A DNA stretch of 62,920 nucleotides, filler included, from Reticulomyxa filosa (lineage: Eukaryota > Protista > Foraminifera), in assembly GCA_000512085.1 (NCBI GenBank). It is 18 parts of 18 records of this genome, joined end to end, with 100 filler letters (N's around TTAATTAATTAA, not from the genome) between each part and the next. Parts side by side here need not be neighbours in the genome. Positions count along the whole stretch, not along the records: positions 46,961 to 54,443 come from ASPP01022133.1; positions 54,544 to 57,106 come from ASPP01001444.1; positions 57,207 to 61,561 come from ASPP01026839.1; positions 61,662 to 62,920 come from ASPP01038133.1; 14 more parts are not named here. One strand, 5' to 3'. A model generated the notes under the pieces. It saw only the letters and a list, made by a program, of their open reading frames with translations. It ran no database searches and had not been told where the DNA came from. Shown here piece after piece: positions 51,182-62,920 of the stretch (position 1 is its first letter; each line of letters opens with the position of its first letter). A program made the translations under genes and the position numbers.

Positions 51182-52434
51182 TATTAAAAAAATAAAAAAA
51201 TGCGAAAAAGAATGAAAAAGCGAAAAAGAAAAATTTTAGTCCAGGCAGCGCCAAGAATAAAATATTTCTTTTTGGTTTTTTATTCGTTTGCCAAAATTTT
51301 TCAAACAAAAAATTTGGCTTAAGGTTTACATTGTTATTGATACATTTTTTGCAATGTGATAATTATTTTAAAAATGATTCAGTAAATTGTTTTGAATATA
51401 TTATGAATAACAATTGTGATACAAACTTTTTCAAAATAATAACGTAATTTTTTTGCAAAAAAAAAATTTGTTGATTCAATTGTTGTTTTTGCTTTTTAAT
51501 GCTATTGCAGTTGAATATTTTTTTTTATTTTTACATTTTAAACAATTATAATATTTTTTTAAATGAAAAAAAATTAGGTTTAATTGTTGATTTTTCGTGG
51601 AGAAAATTGATTATTTTCATAAGGTAGCATTTTAAGTGTTTAGTTTTTTTTGCAGCCTACTGGTCTAAAAAAGAAAGACTTCCACATAATTATAGATATG
51701 ATTCCAATATAAACGAATTCGTCATCTGACCATGAGTTCTTAACAGCAAATGGCAGTGAAAAAGATGAGATGTTATCGACATCAACATATGAAACAAAAA
51801 AAAAGAATTGGACAGCAACAACAACAAACTTGACAATACAAAAGAAAACAAAAATGCAAAAATACCGTTGAATGAAACCGAACTCTTTCAAAGGTGTTTG
51901 CAAAAATTGCCATTAGAGAAAAGAGAGTTGGCAAGTGACTACACTAAGAGAAAAGCTGGCTACTTTGTGATTCAATGATTGAGGTTGAAAACAGCTTAAG
52001 TAAACATAATCTACTTGATTTGTTTGCTGTAACAGCTGAGATTGACCCATTAACATAATTTCGTAGAAAATTCGTACTTGCACGAGATAAGTTTCCTTTC
52101 ACTTGCAGAAATTCAAATCGCAGATTGTTCGTGGGTGGCGTGTGCTAAGTGTCGGATGCACATTTATCTATATCACAAGTGTGAGCGTATGTATAAATAT
52201 TTTTTCGTTTTTCTGCTTTTTTTTCAAAGGGATCCCTTTTTTAGAAAAATTTTAACATATTTTCATGTTCATCAATATTAAAAACATGAGTAATCAAATA
52301 ACAAAATCTTTGTTAATTAAATCATAAACTCAAAAGCGAATACAAGTGTATAAAACAATAACAAAGACAACAGTTGCCATCTAGTGTTTGGCAAATCAAA
52401 AAAATTAAAGAGCAATAAAAACATTACAAGCTTT

Positions 52435-52549
52435 TAAAAAAAAAGCAAGAAGGAAAAAGCAAAAAAGAAAAAGTGAAATAAGGCGGCGCCTCAGGCGCCG
52501 CCCAATTTCACCTTTTCTTTTTGCTTTTGTCTTCCTTTGCTTTTTTTTT
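52435..52549. repeat. Long imperfect inverted repeat with GC-rich core GGCGGCGCCT-C-AGGCGCCGCC
   Basis: Perfect 10-bp arms around C52492, extended by about 45-bp A/G-rich and T/C-rich complementary arms. Confidence 0.85.
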
Positions 52550-52809
52550 GCTTTCCGAGCTCTAAAAAAGTGTGTTTTTGGTGTATCTTTTGAAATCTCA
52601 ACTGTATCGAGTAAAACTTTATTCTACGTATGGACGGATTTGCAAAAATGATAGCGATGCGTCATATCTTTTAGTGATATATCCTCTGGATCCTTTTCCA
52701 ACAGGTGATTGACAAGCAAGATTACCTTCGCGGCAGGCGTCAAAAATATCCAGAATATGAGTTTGTTGTGCTTTCAATCGCTGTAAAAACCAACCTAATG
52801 AAATGCAAA

Positions 52810-53650
52810 GTTATGATGCCCTAGCCATAAACATACTAATCGATTTCTATACGGACAATCTACATATTTGCTACAACATGCACCAATCCAGTGAATTGGT
52901 ACCACTGGAGGAAAGAAGCTTTGACAAAGCAGCAGAAAAAACAAGACAATTTTTCTGAGCGTCGGTTACTCTACATGCCACGTTAAGTTGATCTCGAGAA
53001 GAGAATCCAAGTAATAGTGAGCAAAAGGCAGTCAAAGTTAATTCTCAAAATTTGGTACACGTAACAAAAAAAAAAGTGGCATCACGTAATGGAGAATGAG
53101 TCATTTGAAAATGAAAACATTGCATCATTAATAAACAAGTATTTCATAAATATTAAAGTGAACAGAGAGGAAAAGCCCGACGCGGACAAGCTATACAAGG
53201 TAAAAAAGTCCTCCACGCACACACACACAATACAAAAGCATATGAAGTCATCAACATCCTTTCATCAGGTTGTACAAATTGATTTGCGTGAAGGCGCCAA
53301 TGCTTGTTTGTGAACCTATAACATAGTCGTTTGTGAAGGCAATCCATCAACACGGAGGTTGGCCGATGTCTGTGTGGCTGACTACTTCGTTGCACCACAT
53401 CTTCGGAACAATCTACTTTCCACCTCAGCAGTTTGTCGGAATCATTTCCAAGATCAGAGCAGGCGAAGAGCGAGTTGGACATGTTCATTCACACTTTGGA
53501 ATGTATGGGCAATGGTGGCGGATTTCATCGCTATTCCGTGGATGAATATTGTCATGTATCGCATTTCGAAAAAATGCTGTATTACAATGCACAATTGCTC
53601 AACTCCTACTTGGAAGGGTTTCAAATCACAAAAAAACCCTTGGTTTAAAC
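52810..53650 (+). pseudogene. SPATA20/YyaL (DUF255 thioredoxin + alpha/alpha barrel) pseudogene
   Basis: [50 protein letters not shown] and GGFHRYSVD...HFEKMLY, with frameshifts and a large internal deletion. Confidence 0.85.
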
Positions 53651-54543
53651 GCATTTGTGAAGAAATGCTTCATCCCGATGAGGGTATATTTACTCGACCG
53701 AAGAGCATATTCCTTGCCTTTGCTCAATGATAAGAAAAAAGTTTCGTGTTTCATGAGGCCTTTTAATGCTTACGAAAATGCGCAACGAAACACATATTTT
53801 TTTTTTGCAAAATGGAAATATATACATATACATATACATAAACATATAATCTAGAAAGAACTTGGTCTAGACACACTGCACACGCGTCGATTCATGAAAA
53901 GCGTGGACGAGTTGAAGTTGCAAAGACTAGTAGCAGTGTACTGCAACACAATAGGTTGAATTTTGGTTGGGCGACAGATCAAAGAAGAGAAACAACAACA
54001 ATGGCAATGGGGAAAATGAACCAAATAGGTATCCGTGTATTCACACTATTGAACGCGCATGTAGGTACGACGGTGTTATATGAGTGGCTTGCACAAAGCA
54101 ACATCCAGTCGTTGCATTCGACCACCAACTCGACTCGAAATTGGACAATGAAGCCGTTGAATCTGGCGCCTGTCGGTATTGAGGTGTATAGAAACCAATC
54201 ATCGTCGTCATCATTGAGTGTGAAGCCCAGACAGCATGTAATGTTGAAGAAGAAGCTAAAGAATGGGAGCGGGATGGGCAAGCCCTTGGCTGTGTCCGAC
54301 ATAATGAAATACGAATTGTATGTCAATAAACTTTTGTATCATTTCGATGGCGCTACTATGTTTGCCGTACTTGAGCCAGGATCAATATTTCACCTTTGTC
54401 AAAGGCTTGGAGCATTGGAGAACAGGTGATAATGACGATAATGNNNNNNNNNNNNNNNNNNNNNNNNNNNNNNNNNNNNNNNNNNNNTTAATTAATTAAN
54501 NNNNNNNNNNNNNNNNNNNNNNNNNNNNNNNNNNNNNNNNNNN

Positions 54544-55515
54544 ATCGTGTAGTTTTTAAATATCATTTTGAATTTAATTTTTTATTAGTCTTTCCAATTT
54601 TTTCAAAAATTTTATTCTTTCATTTACTTTAAAAAAAATTTTTGTGGTTGACTGAGTATGATGATATTGTTTTTTAAAATTTAATTCAAGTTTACCAACG
54701 TGTTAAATCTCATTTGGCTTTTTTAACTGACTGTATTCTCTTTGTCATCGACTTTATTAAGGTTTTACAATTTTGTTTCTATTTTTTCACATTCTGTTTC
54801 GAATTGGTTCCAAAGTTCTTCAGTAGTATTAAATGGTCCTTTTTTGTGAATCCTTGTCTTTACTATCCACCAAAGATTTTCAATTGGATTTAAAGCAGGT
54901 AAATTTGGAGGAAAATTCATTTTTTTATTTTTTTTGTTTTAACAATTTCATAACTTTTTCCGACTTATGGCACGTTGCATTATCTTGCTGGAAAATCTAA
55001 TCTTCTTTATTTTCTAAGCAGAAATTGACGCTTTTTAGCATTTTTCGATAAAATTTATATACATATATCAGTATTACTCCATCTTGCAAGCGTAATCTGT
55101 TCCTAATGCTCTAAAACATGTCCGGACTAAAATGCTTCCACCACCAAATTTTGTTCTTTTTTATGGAGTTTTCATCTAATGGTTGTCAATCAATATTTCG
55201 GCAACAAAATAATCAAATGACAGAAATCAACATCGAACACATAAAAAAAATATCAAAAATTATTTAAAAAAAGATTGTCAAATTTCATGACTACGAGAAA
55301 AACACGATTGTCAACTTTTTTAAGAAATTTTATCAAATCAAATGAAAGATTAAAATTTTTGAAAAAATTTTCTGAAAATGCTTTAAAAAAAGTTGTCAAG
55401 TTTCATGGTTACGACGTAGGCACGATTGTTAACTTTTTCTCGAAAATTTTCAAAAATCAATAAAATATTCAAATTTTTTAAACAATTAGTAAGATTTAAT
55501 AAAAAACCAAAATTA
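54544..55515 (-). mobile_element. Internally deleted Tc1/mariner element (same family as 29791-30388)
   Basis: Minus-strand FGGGSILV, IFQQDNATCH and PPNLPALNPIENLW (D-to-E about 34 codons). TIR at 54544 and a degenerate TIR at about 55470-55515. Confidence 0.85.
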
Positions 55516-56206
55516 TTTTCTTTGTTTGTAACGTAGTTATTATATATCTACGGGAAGCCTCTTCTTGTAAATAATTTTGTAAAAAGCAAATACATTCTGC
55601 TACCTACCTCAAGGTGATGTGGATATTGTGCATAAATTCCAATCATTTTTGAAAATTTCAACAACTTTTCTAAATTTTTGTTTATTGTTTTTACAAACTA
55701 CTTATAAAAGTGTAAACGTATATCCAGTAAACCAGAAAAAATGATCATAATTTGCTACTAAAATTTTTGTTAGAAACACAAAAAGTTCATATTTTATTGT
55801 TGTCTAATTTTTTTTTGTCACAACTGTAGTAGTATTGTTCATCCTGTCAATTTTTTTGTTACAAAAGATCCACATTCCACTTATCCCAGCAGACATTGCA
55901 ATACCACGAAGTCTGATCCTTGTCGAAACGGCCTTGAGTATTCACTCATATGCACATATACAACATACACAGTTTTTTTTTTATGATGGACAAGCCCCGA
56001 CGACAGCGAGAAAGACGTTCTAGAAGAAATGTATTTGGAAAAAGCAAAACAGAAGGGCTTATGGGAAACATCTTTTATTGCAGCTATTTTTACTCTATTT
56101 GAAAAAAAAAAATCCTCGCGTTGTTTTTGTTTCTGTACAAAAATAAATTGCAATCGGACCGGATTACATTTTTGATCAAGAATCTCGTGCAAACTAGACA
56201 ATAGTA

Positions 56207-57106
56207 ATGTTCACTCGTACGAAGTCATTTTTACAAACCATGGAAGAAAAGTGCGTGTTTTTTTTTTGTTTTTTTTTTTTTTTGTCAGTTGCCAAATCCC
56301 TTTCGCCCTCTCCCTTTTCTTGATTTAAAAAAGAAGTGCACTATCGATTGTTGAACACAAACATATGGGTTCATAGTTACTGTTGACGGGGAGTTTGGCA
56401 GTTCCAACTCTTTGGTTCACCGGATCAGTAGTCGCTGGAGATGTATTGAAAGCACATCCACCACATTATCACTTTGAAGTTGAAGAACTATTTAAATCCC
56501 ATGACGTCGCCGCGTAAGTAAAAAAATGGAACCTACTTTCATTTGTTCTATTTTTCCTTCTTTTTTTTTTTTTTTTTTGAATGATTACAAAATTTTAAAG
56601 AAAGGTTATAAAAAAAAAAACAAACAAACAAACAATCAAAAAAATGTAAAGAAATATACGTATTTGCAATAAAAACATTAAAAATAATGAATGTAACAAA
56701 TAGTCTTCGTCGTGGTTATCAAGTATACAAAGAGGTGTGCGCCTCATGTCATAGTTTGCAATATGTGTGCTACCGCCATTTAGTTGGTTACGTATTAACA
56801 GAAAAAGAGGCCAAACGAGACGCGGCGGCGGCGTTGATTGAAGACGGTCCCGATGATCAAGGAGAGTTGTACTTGAGACCAGGCACTCTGATGGACGTGT
56901 TACCACCACCTTATAAAAATGATATGGTTGCCAAATCTGCAAACAACGGTTTGAAAGATTTCAAACTTTTTTGTTGCAATCTTATCTTTTCTGAGATTTA
57001 AAAAAAAGAAAAGTGTTATCACAAAATTGAAACACACACTGTTAATAAAATTTCAAAAAAAAAAAAAAAAAAAAAGGTAGCGGTACCCCTGATTTATCAT
57101 TAATCG
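56207..57106 (+). CDS. CYC1: Mitochondrial cytochrome c1; multi-exon, 3' truncated
   Basis: HPPHYHF, LRRGYQVYKEVCASCHSL (CxxCH), DGPDDQG...RPG, ANNG and PDLSLI. The start at 56207 is inferred and may need a homopolymer correction. Confidence 0.93.
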
Positions 57107-57206
57107 NNNNNNNNNNNNNNNNNNNNNNNNNNNNNNNNNNNNNNNNNNNNTTAATTAATTAANNNNNNNNNNNNNNNNNNNNNNNNNNNNNNNNNNNNNN
57201 NNNNNN

Positions 57207-58170
57207 TCGTCGACTTGCTCCCAACGCAACTCCAAGGACCACATCATCGTGCCGACACGATGTCCTGGCGACCGCAGACCCCACACACGCTTGTTCTCAT
57301 CTGTCGCCGATGCGTCCGGAATCTCGTGCATCGCTATCTTCCATTCCAACCACTCCTTTGGCGAACGCTCCTCAACTCGCGCATTCGACCCAACACGTTG
57401 TCGATGCGCGTATTCACTTCTTTCACCTCATTGCGCAAGTCGTACAGATTGTGCAACGAGTGCTGGATGTTCTTCAAATGCAGCGTCTCCAGTCCCATCA
57501 GCTTTGTATACGTTTTGTCAATTCTCCTGATGTTGGCTTCGTCGATGCTCTTCAAGCTCGAGTGAATACCTTTTGCAACAACATTTTCATTTGCCATTTT
57601 TTTTTTTAAACGATATGATGTGGGGTGATGGTACCAGAAATTTCTAGAAATTTCTGGTACCATCACCCCACATCATATCTTCTTATATGTATGTATGTAT
57701 GTATGTGTATATGCGAAGATCAAACCTTCCAATGTGACGCATATGTTAGCCCAAGCTTCTTTAGATGCTTGTATGTCTTGCGATGATTGTAATGGTTGTG
57801 GTTGCGGTGGCGGTGGCGGCAGAGTACTTGCAGTGAAAGGGATATCTTCAGTTATACTTGTGTTTGATTCCGTGGGAATGGACGACTCCACACTTGGAAT
57901 TACTGTCTCCTTGCTCACAACGTTCTCGTTTTGCACGTTTTTTTCGCTGATTTCGGCCTGTTGGTCGTCCACAAGGCCTGGGTCTGCTTTTGCTGTGTCG
58001 TCTAACAGCTTATTCAGTATCTGCTGCAGTTCCGGTTTTTTTGGGGTTGAAATTACCCCGTCTCTTTTTTGAAATTTCTTTGGAACCGATTTTGCAAAAT
58101 ACCTCTGCTGCAAAACGCAAGCATGTGCATGTCTGCCTACAATATTCAAAAACTGAGCTCTGGAGAACAT
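57207..58170 (-). CDS. Protein with mitochondrial-type presequence, coiled coil and possible MATH-like domain; frameshifted or 3' truncated
   Basis: MFSRAQFLNIVGRHAHACVLQQRYF presequence; intron 57570-57725; coiled coil; a shifted frame continues EWKI...LRSP..RVGTMMWSLEL. Confidence 0.5.
57612..57679. repeat. Perfect 68-bp spacerless palindrome inside an intron
   Basis: GATATGATGTGGGGTGATGGTACCAGAAATTTCT is followed immediately by its exact reverse complement. Confidence 0.95.
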
Positions 58171-59080
58171 AGTTTTCTCTCTCCTCTCGAGGAAAAAAAA
58201 AAAAAAAACGTCTTGTACTTTCATTATAACTTTTTGTTCTTCGACTTTGCTTAATTGTCAAGTGAAAGCAAATATTTACAGGCAAATACAACTTTTTTTT
58301 TTCATTTGGCAATTTGAAGATAAAGTCATGCATTTGGAAAAAAATTGTTTATAATTCGTTTTTTATTACAAATTTTGTTTTTGCAAAACAAAAATTTTTC
58401 ATGCTTCCTTTTTTGATATTTTGAAAGAGTTGAAATAAAACTTTGATGAATCATTTGAAAGTACTCCAAGGTGCAACAAAGTACTAATTTTTTTTTTTGA
58501 GACAACGTAGTGACTAAGTGTAATACGAAAGGAACTCAGTTCCGAAAATCAATTTCAGTAAAGAGGAAATAAGTTGACAACAATAATTGCAACAAAATAA
58601 AGAAAAGAGTAAAAAGAAACAAGACTAAGACGAGTTGTGTTTGTGGAAAATGTTTTAACCCACTGTTCCCTTGGCACTTAGAAAGTCGTAACAGGGCTAT
58701 ACCCTACAACAATGAAAAAAAAGAAGAAAAACCGTCACATTTTTGTTTAACTTGGATAGCTATCTAACAAAATCAAACAAAGTTGAGAAAAAAAAGAAAA
58801 GTTTGCGATAGGCTTTGAAAAAATATTTGATTCGAAAAACGGTTAAATTAAATAAAGTATTAAAAGAAGCGTAGATCAAAGTATCAAAGTATTAAACTAT
58901 TTAAAGCATTTTAAAAAAAAAAAAAAAAAAATGTTAAGCTACGTAATGAAAAAGCAAGTGTTTGTATGCTATAATTTTCAAACCAATCAAATCGATGTGA
59001 CAATGTCAAAACACGATAGCCAAAACAAAACAAAACAAAGCAAACATCACACACACACATGTATAAAAAAAAAGGATGAT

Positions 59081-60868
59081 TTAATCTTTCTCAGTATTTT
59101 TTTCCATTTCCTTTTCTTTTTCTGTTTGTTTTTCCTCTTGTAGTTGCAACGGCTTAGCAAGTTGGATAGGGACGAGATCGCGCATATCCGCACTAGTGAT
59201 TAAATCCGGAGAGCGATCAAAAGGAATGCCGTGTGTTTTCAGAGTGTCGGACAGACATTCCCTGGCCCTTTGAACGTCCAAAACGATGACGGAATCTTTG
59301 TACAGATCAAAGCGAATGAACTTGGCAGTGGTGGCGTCGACGTAATTGGACAACTCGACCACGTTTTTGAACTCAAGGCCGTCGACGAGCAACAGCATGC
59401 GACACGCATAGCCTTCGTATCCAATGTTTACATCATTGGATAAGACATGCGACAGCACGATTACCTGTTCGTCGGAGTCCTGTTTGTACTCCATCGTGGC
59501 CTTGTTTGACAAATGCAAAGGCGCCTTGGAGAACCAGTTCTTCCCGTAATACGCGCTCAAAAAGGGCCTGGACAAAGGCAGAAACACCAGTCCCCCAAAC
59601 ACACGGTACGTGGGCACATGTGTCAAGTCGTACAAATGCAAAGACACCAAATTCGGAATGTCATCCACGACCACCTTTACTTCCATTTCCTTCCCTTCGC
59701 GCAATATCGTCAGCATCGAGGTGTCGCCCGCAAATTTTTGAATTGTCAAGTACGTATACGGCAAGCGTTCTCCTTTCTATCAAATAAAAAAATAAATAAA
59801 TAAATATATACATATATATATATATATATTTATTTACATCTCGGAAAGGAATGGTGCCGTCGTCTGCAATGACGACTCCATCGTAACGTAACAGGACATC
59901 ATTCGGCTTAAGCTTGTGGAAGGAGTCGGTGAGCGGTATGGCGTGGTTGATATAAATGCCGGTTTGGTCGTCGCGCATGCGCAGAGATAACTTGTGAGAG
60001 GGGTTCTCAAGCTTGCTCCAGCTGATGCCAATGTTGGGGAAGTTCAGGCTTTTCTCGTTGCGTCGGATGCCTTCCAACAAGTGCTCGATCACCGGCACGG
60101 GGATTATATACCCAATGTTCTGTTTGTTGTTGTACGCTTGGAACGCCACGCCGACCACACAATCGCCTTGCAAGCAGGGGCCTCCACTGTTTCCTTTGTA
60201 AGTGTTTTCATTTATATAATATATATATAATATATATATATATTATATATATATAATATATATGTATATTATATATATATTATATATATTATATATATTA
60301 TATATATTATATATATTATATATATTATATATATTATATATATTATATATATAATATATATTATATATATATGTATATAAAACCTGGGTTAATTGCGGCG
60401 TCGATTTGAATTGATAACAAAGACTTCAATCCGTGCGAATACGTGACGAAATTCACTCGACTAACCACTCCTTTGGTAACGCAAATGTTATCTCCACCCG
60501 TTGGATAACCCACCACTACAACCGAGTCTTGCAACTGCGGGATCCCTCCGAAACGCAACGCCTTCGTCTTTTCCCAAAACTTGTTCTCCTTCACCGTCAG
60601 AATCGCCAGGTCGCAATCGTGCCCTACGTACAATACCTGCGCCGTGTACTTCTTCGCCGTTGGGTCACTATGCTTGCGCACGCGGATCGTCTTCGCGTTA
60701 GTCACGCCATGCGCGTTACACAAAATTTGTCTGTCTTCGATCAAAAATCCGCTGCTTGTGCTTTGCGATTGATGCTCCATTTGCCAAGGGTTTGAATAGT
60801 TTGGGCTACACCTCACTACAAAAAATCTTCACCACACTAAAAAAGTGCTCGTGCGATATTATATCCAT
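59081..60868 (-). CDS. Deg/HtrA serine protease with PDZ domains (plant Deg2/9/10-like); 3 exons
   Basis: Catalytic triad CNAHGV, DCDLAIL and AAINPG|NSGGP (split by an intron); VVVVGYPTGGD..CVTKGVVSR; DGTIPFR; GGLVFLPLSRPFL. A one-base homopolymer shift lies near 60820. Confidence 0.92.
60213..60378. repeat. (TA)n-rich intronic microsatellite
   Basis: About 165 bp of TA/TTATATATA repeats. Confidence 0.9.
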
Positions 60869-61180
60869 TTTCAAAGTTGCTGAAAAGAGACTATTTCACG
60901 CAAAATTTCAAGAGTGGTGCCAATGATTTTTTTTTGCCAGTAGTAATAGTTTTTATTTGTATTATTATATTACTTATTTCCTTAATGCACCACCCCCTTT
61001 TTTTTAAAAAAAAAAAATTATTTTCATTCTGAGTAGAACTAAAAGATAACCAGAAGACTGTAAATTTAACTCGCTTTTAAAAATTGTTAAATCTGAGACA
61101 GTGAAAGTATACAAATGAACAAGTAAGCGTGAAATAGGAAATGAAAAAAGAGAAGGAAAGAACGGTGCAAAGAAACAGAT

Positions 61181-61480
61181 CTAAGAGGAGACAATCCGAG
61201 CCACAAAAGATTGTTTTTTGTCAGACGTTAGCGTGGGACTGAACTCGATGACAACAGGTTTGTACTTGATGTCACGTTCATTGTCGACATTGCAAGCATT
61301 CACAAAAATGGTATCCACGCCCAGTGTGTCCTTCAAAACCGCGTGGCCATGGTGGTTATGACAATGGCCAAAGCAGTGCACTTTGGGCGCATCAGACTTT
61401 AGTCCAATTAAATTCGTCAACAATTGCTCGCATCCCGTGTCATCCGTCGATAAAATACCCTTTGCCGGGTTGTGAGTCAC
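61181..61480 (-). CDS. MPPED/239FB-like metallophosphoesterase, last exon; 5' partial
   Basis: THNP..G, GCEQLL, PKVHCFGHCH and IFVNAC...PVVI. Confidence 0.8.
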   Translation of the reverse strand: MTHNPAKGILSTDDTGCEQLLTNLIGLKSDAPKVHCFGHCHNHHGHAVLKDTLGVDTIFVNACNVDNERDIKYKPVVIEFSPTLTSDKKQSFVARIVSS

Positions 61481-62099
61481 CTTTTTTTTTTTTTAAGTTA
61501 ACAAATAATAATAATAATAATAATATATTTATTATTATTAATTATTATTAATAAATAATAANNNNNNNNNNNNNNNNNNNNNNNNNNNNNNNNNNNNNNN
61601 NNNNNTTAATTAATTAANNNNNNNNNNNNNNNNNNNNNNNNNNNNNNNNNNNNNNNNNNNNTTTCTTGTTGTTTTTGATATTATGGTTAATTTTACCACA
61701 AAATTGTAATGTTAAAAAGTTTGAAGTACTGTGTCAATTTTTTGACGATGTGCTTTTTTAACTTGGAAAGTAATATCTTGGCTTTCTAGCCATCATCTAA
61801 AAAAAAAACTTAGCAACATCCAAGTGATTCAGTGCAATGTGAAGTGATTCGCAAAGCAAGAGAAAAACTTGGTATTAAATTGACGAGGAAGGAAGATGCA
61901 TTCCTGAAGAAAAAAGCATCTCAAATTATTTCTATCAAATCAAATGTACAGCCTCAAGCAAAAATTACTCTTATACTGATGCTAAAACAATAATAGTCCT
62001 CGAAAATCAAAGAAAAGGACCAATAGAAAGACCAATAACGATTGATTCAGACGGGGATTGGTGATCGATCAAGAGATGAAATTAACATTACCAATACGC

Positions 62100-62920
62100 A
62101 AACAGATCTATGGATCAGTAGTCTATTGGTATTCCAGAATAATATTAACGTATTAACGGATTTTATTACAAGGCACAAATACTAGAACAGAATTTGCATT
62201 ATAAGCAGCCCCATGCCGTTTATTGCAAAAAGTATTTAGATCGAAGAAGAAGGACATCGATTATAATTTCCAGCATCTATACATTCGTCACTGGATTGAG
62301 ACAGGGCTGGAGTGTTATGTCGAAGGGATTTACACTCAATACCACGATCATTCAATAATGTCCTGATCAAAAGAAATCGTTCAAGCATTCGAGCAAGAAT
62401 TACAATATGCTCAGAAAATTACTGAATACATTGTCATTGGGGAGATTGGAATGCACATCATCCTGCATGATTGATATCACATTATGTTGTCATCTATTCT
62501 TCCATTTGTTAGCAATTGGAGAACAGATGATGTTGAATTAGATGTACACTCAGATCATCTCCCAATCACATGGTCTTCACCACGAATTGAACGACAAAAG
62601 GTTGAGTAGACTTGTAATCTGAGGGAACAATTTAGATTGAGATTGAGAAGAAACATTGACAATCGGATGCAATCTATTGGGTAACACTGGGACATTGAAC
62701 AAAGCAGTTGAATCTTGAACCAAATGTGTGGTGAAGCGACAATTGGTATCAGGACAATATGGAAAGGCAACAAGCCATGATGGAGTGATAGTTTAAGTCG
62801 ATTACGAAAGAGAGTTCAGAGATCAAAGAACCGATTCCGTAAACAAAGAACACCAAGGAATTTGATGCTATATAAGAAGCTGCCAAGCAATTGCGAAGGA
62901 TATCGCAATTAGAAAAATAT
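62100..62920 (+). mobile_element. Decayed non-LTR retrotransposon (LINE) APE-endonuclease region
   Basis: At about 62430-62470 the sequence reads IVIG-DWNAHHPA*, matching the GDFNAHH..W motif; surrounding frames are broken. Confidence 0.55.

Noticed and set aside
55850-56200. Minus-strand fragment GRFDKDQTSWYCNVCWDKW as a small zinc-finger gene
   Set aside because: No coherent upstream exon or start codon could be built, so it is too weak to call.
58650-58720. AAGTCGTAACAGG resembling the SSU rRNA 3' motif, and TTTAACCCAC...CCTACA shared with about 2518-2572
   Set aside because: The matches are short, have no surrounding rRNA or ncRNA structure, and are compatible with chance.
60815-60830. 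Frameshift in the Deg protease (and a similar one near the CYC1 start) as programmed frameshifting or pseudogenisation
   Set aside because: It falls in a homopolymer run and the rest of the gene is intact; sequencing error is more parsimonious.
1-62920. Alternative genetic code or stop-codon readthrough to explain broken ORFs; tRNA/rRNA genes; CRISPR arrays
   Set aside because: Intact genes translate with the standard code once introns are removed, and the broken regions also contain frameshifts. No tRNA, rRNA or repeat-spacer pattern was seen by eye.

Overview
This window is not one locus. It is 18 short contigs joined by 17 artificial 100-bp spacers (N44-TTAATTAATTAA-N44). Seventeen contigs are AT-rich, intron-containing eukaryotic DNA with homopolymer-rich introns, poly-Asn/Gln tracts, decayed WD40, TRAF-zinc-finger and caspase-like/TPR family members, and many pseudogenes. 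This profile resembles the foraminiferan Reticulomyxa filosa (inference from style; no marker gene seen). One contig (33424-34644) is GC-rich bacterial DNA carrying epsD-epsE-like genes. Recognisable genes include prefoldin 3, a protein kinase, PXMP4, a purple acid phosphatase, caspase-like proteins, a BAR protein, an FMN split-barrel protein, a SAM/UIM/RING protein, an FCP1/SCP phosphatase, cytochrome c1, a Deg/HtrA protease and an MPPED-like phosphoesterase. Also present are Lon, SPATA20 and WD40 pseudogenes, a decayed Ty3/gypsy element, two Tc1/mariner-type repeat families and a LINE endonuclease relic. The main finding is a spliced gene at 23215-25421 whose four exons join in frame to encode SH3 + p22phox-like (4 TM) + NOX/gp91phox core in one polypeptide, i.e. 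an apparent single-chain NADPH oxidase. Exon boundaries were read by eye and no database searches were run.
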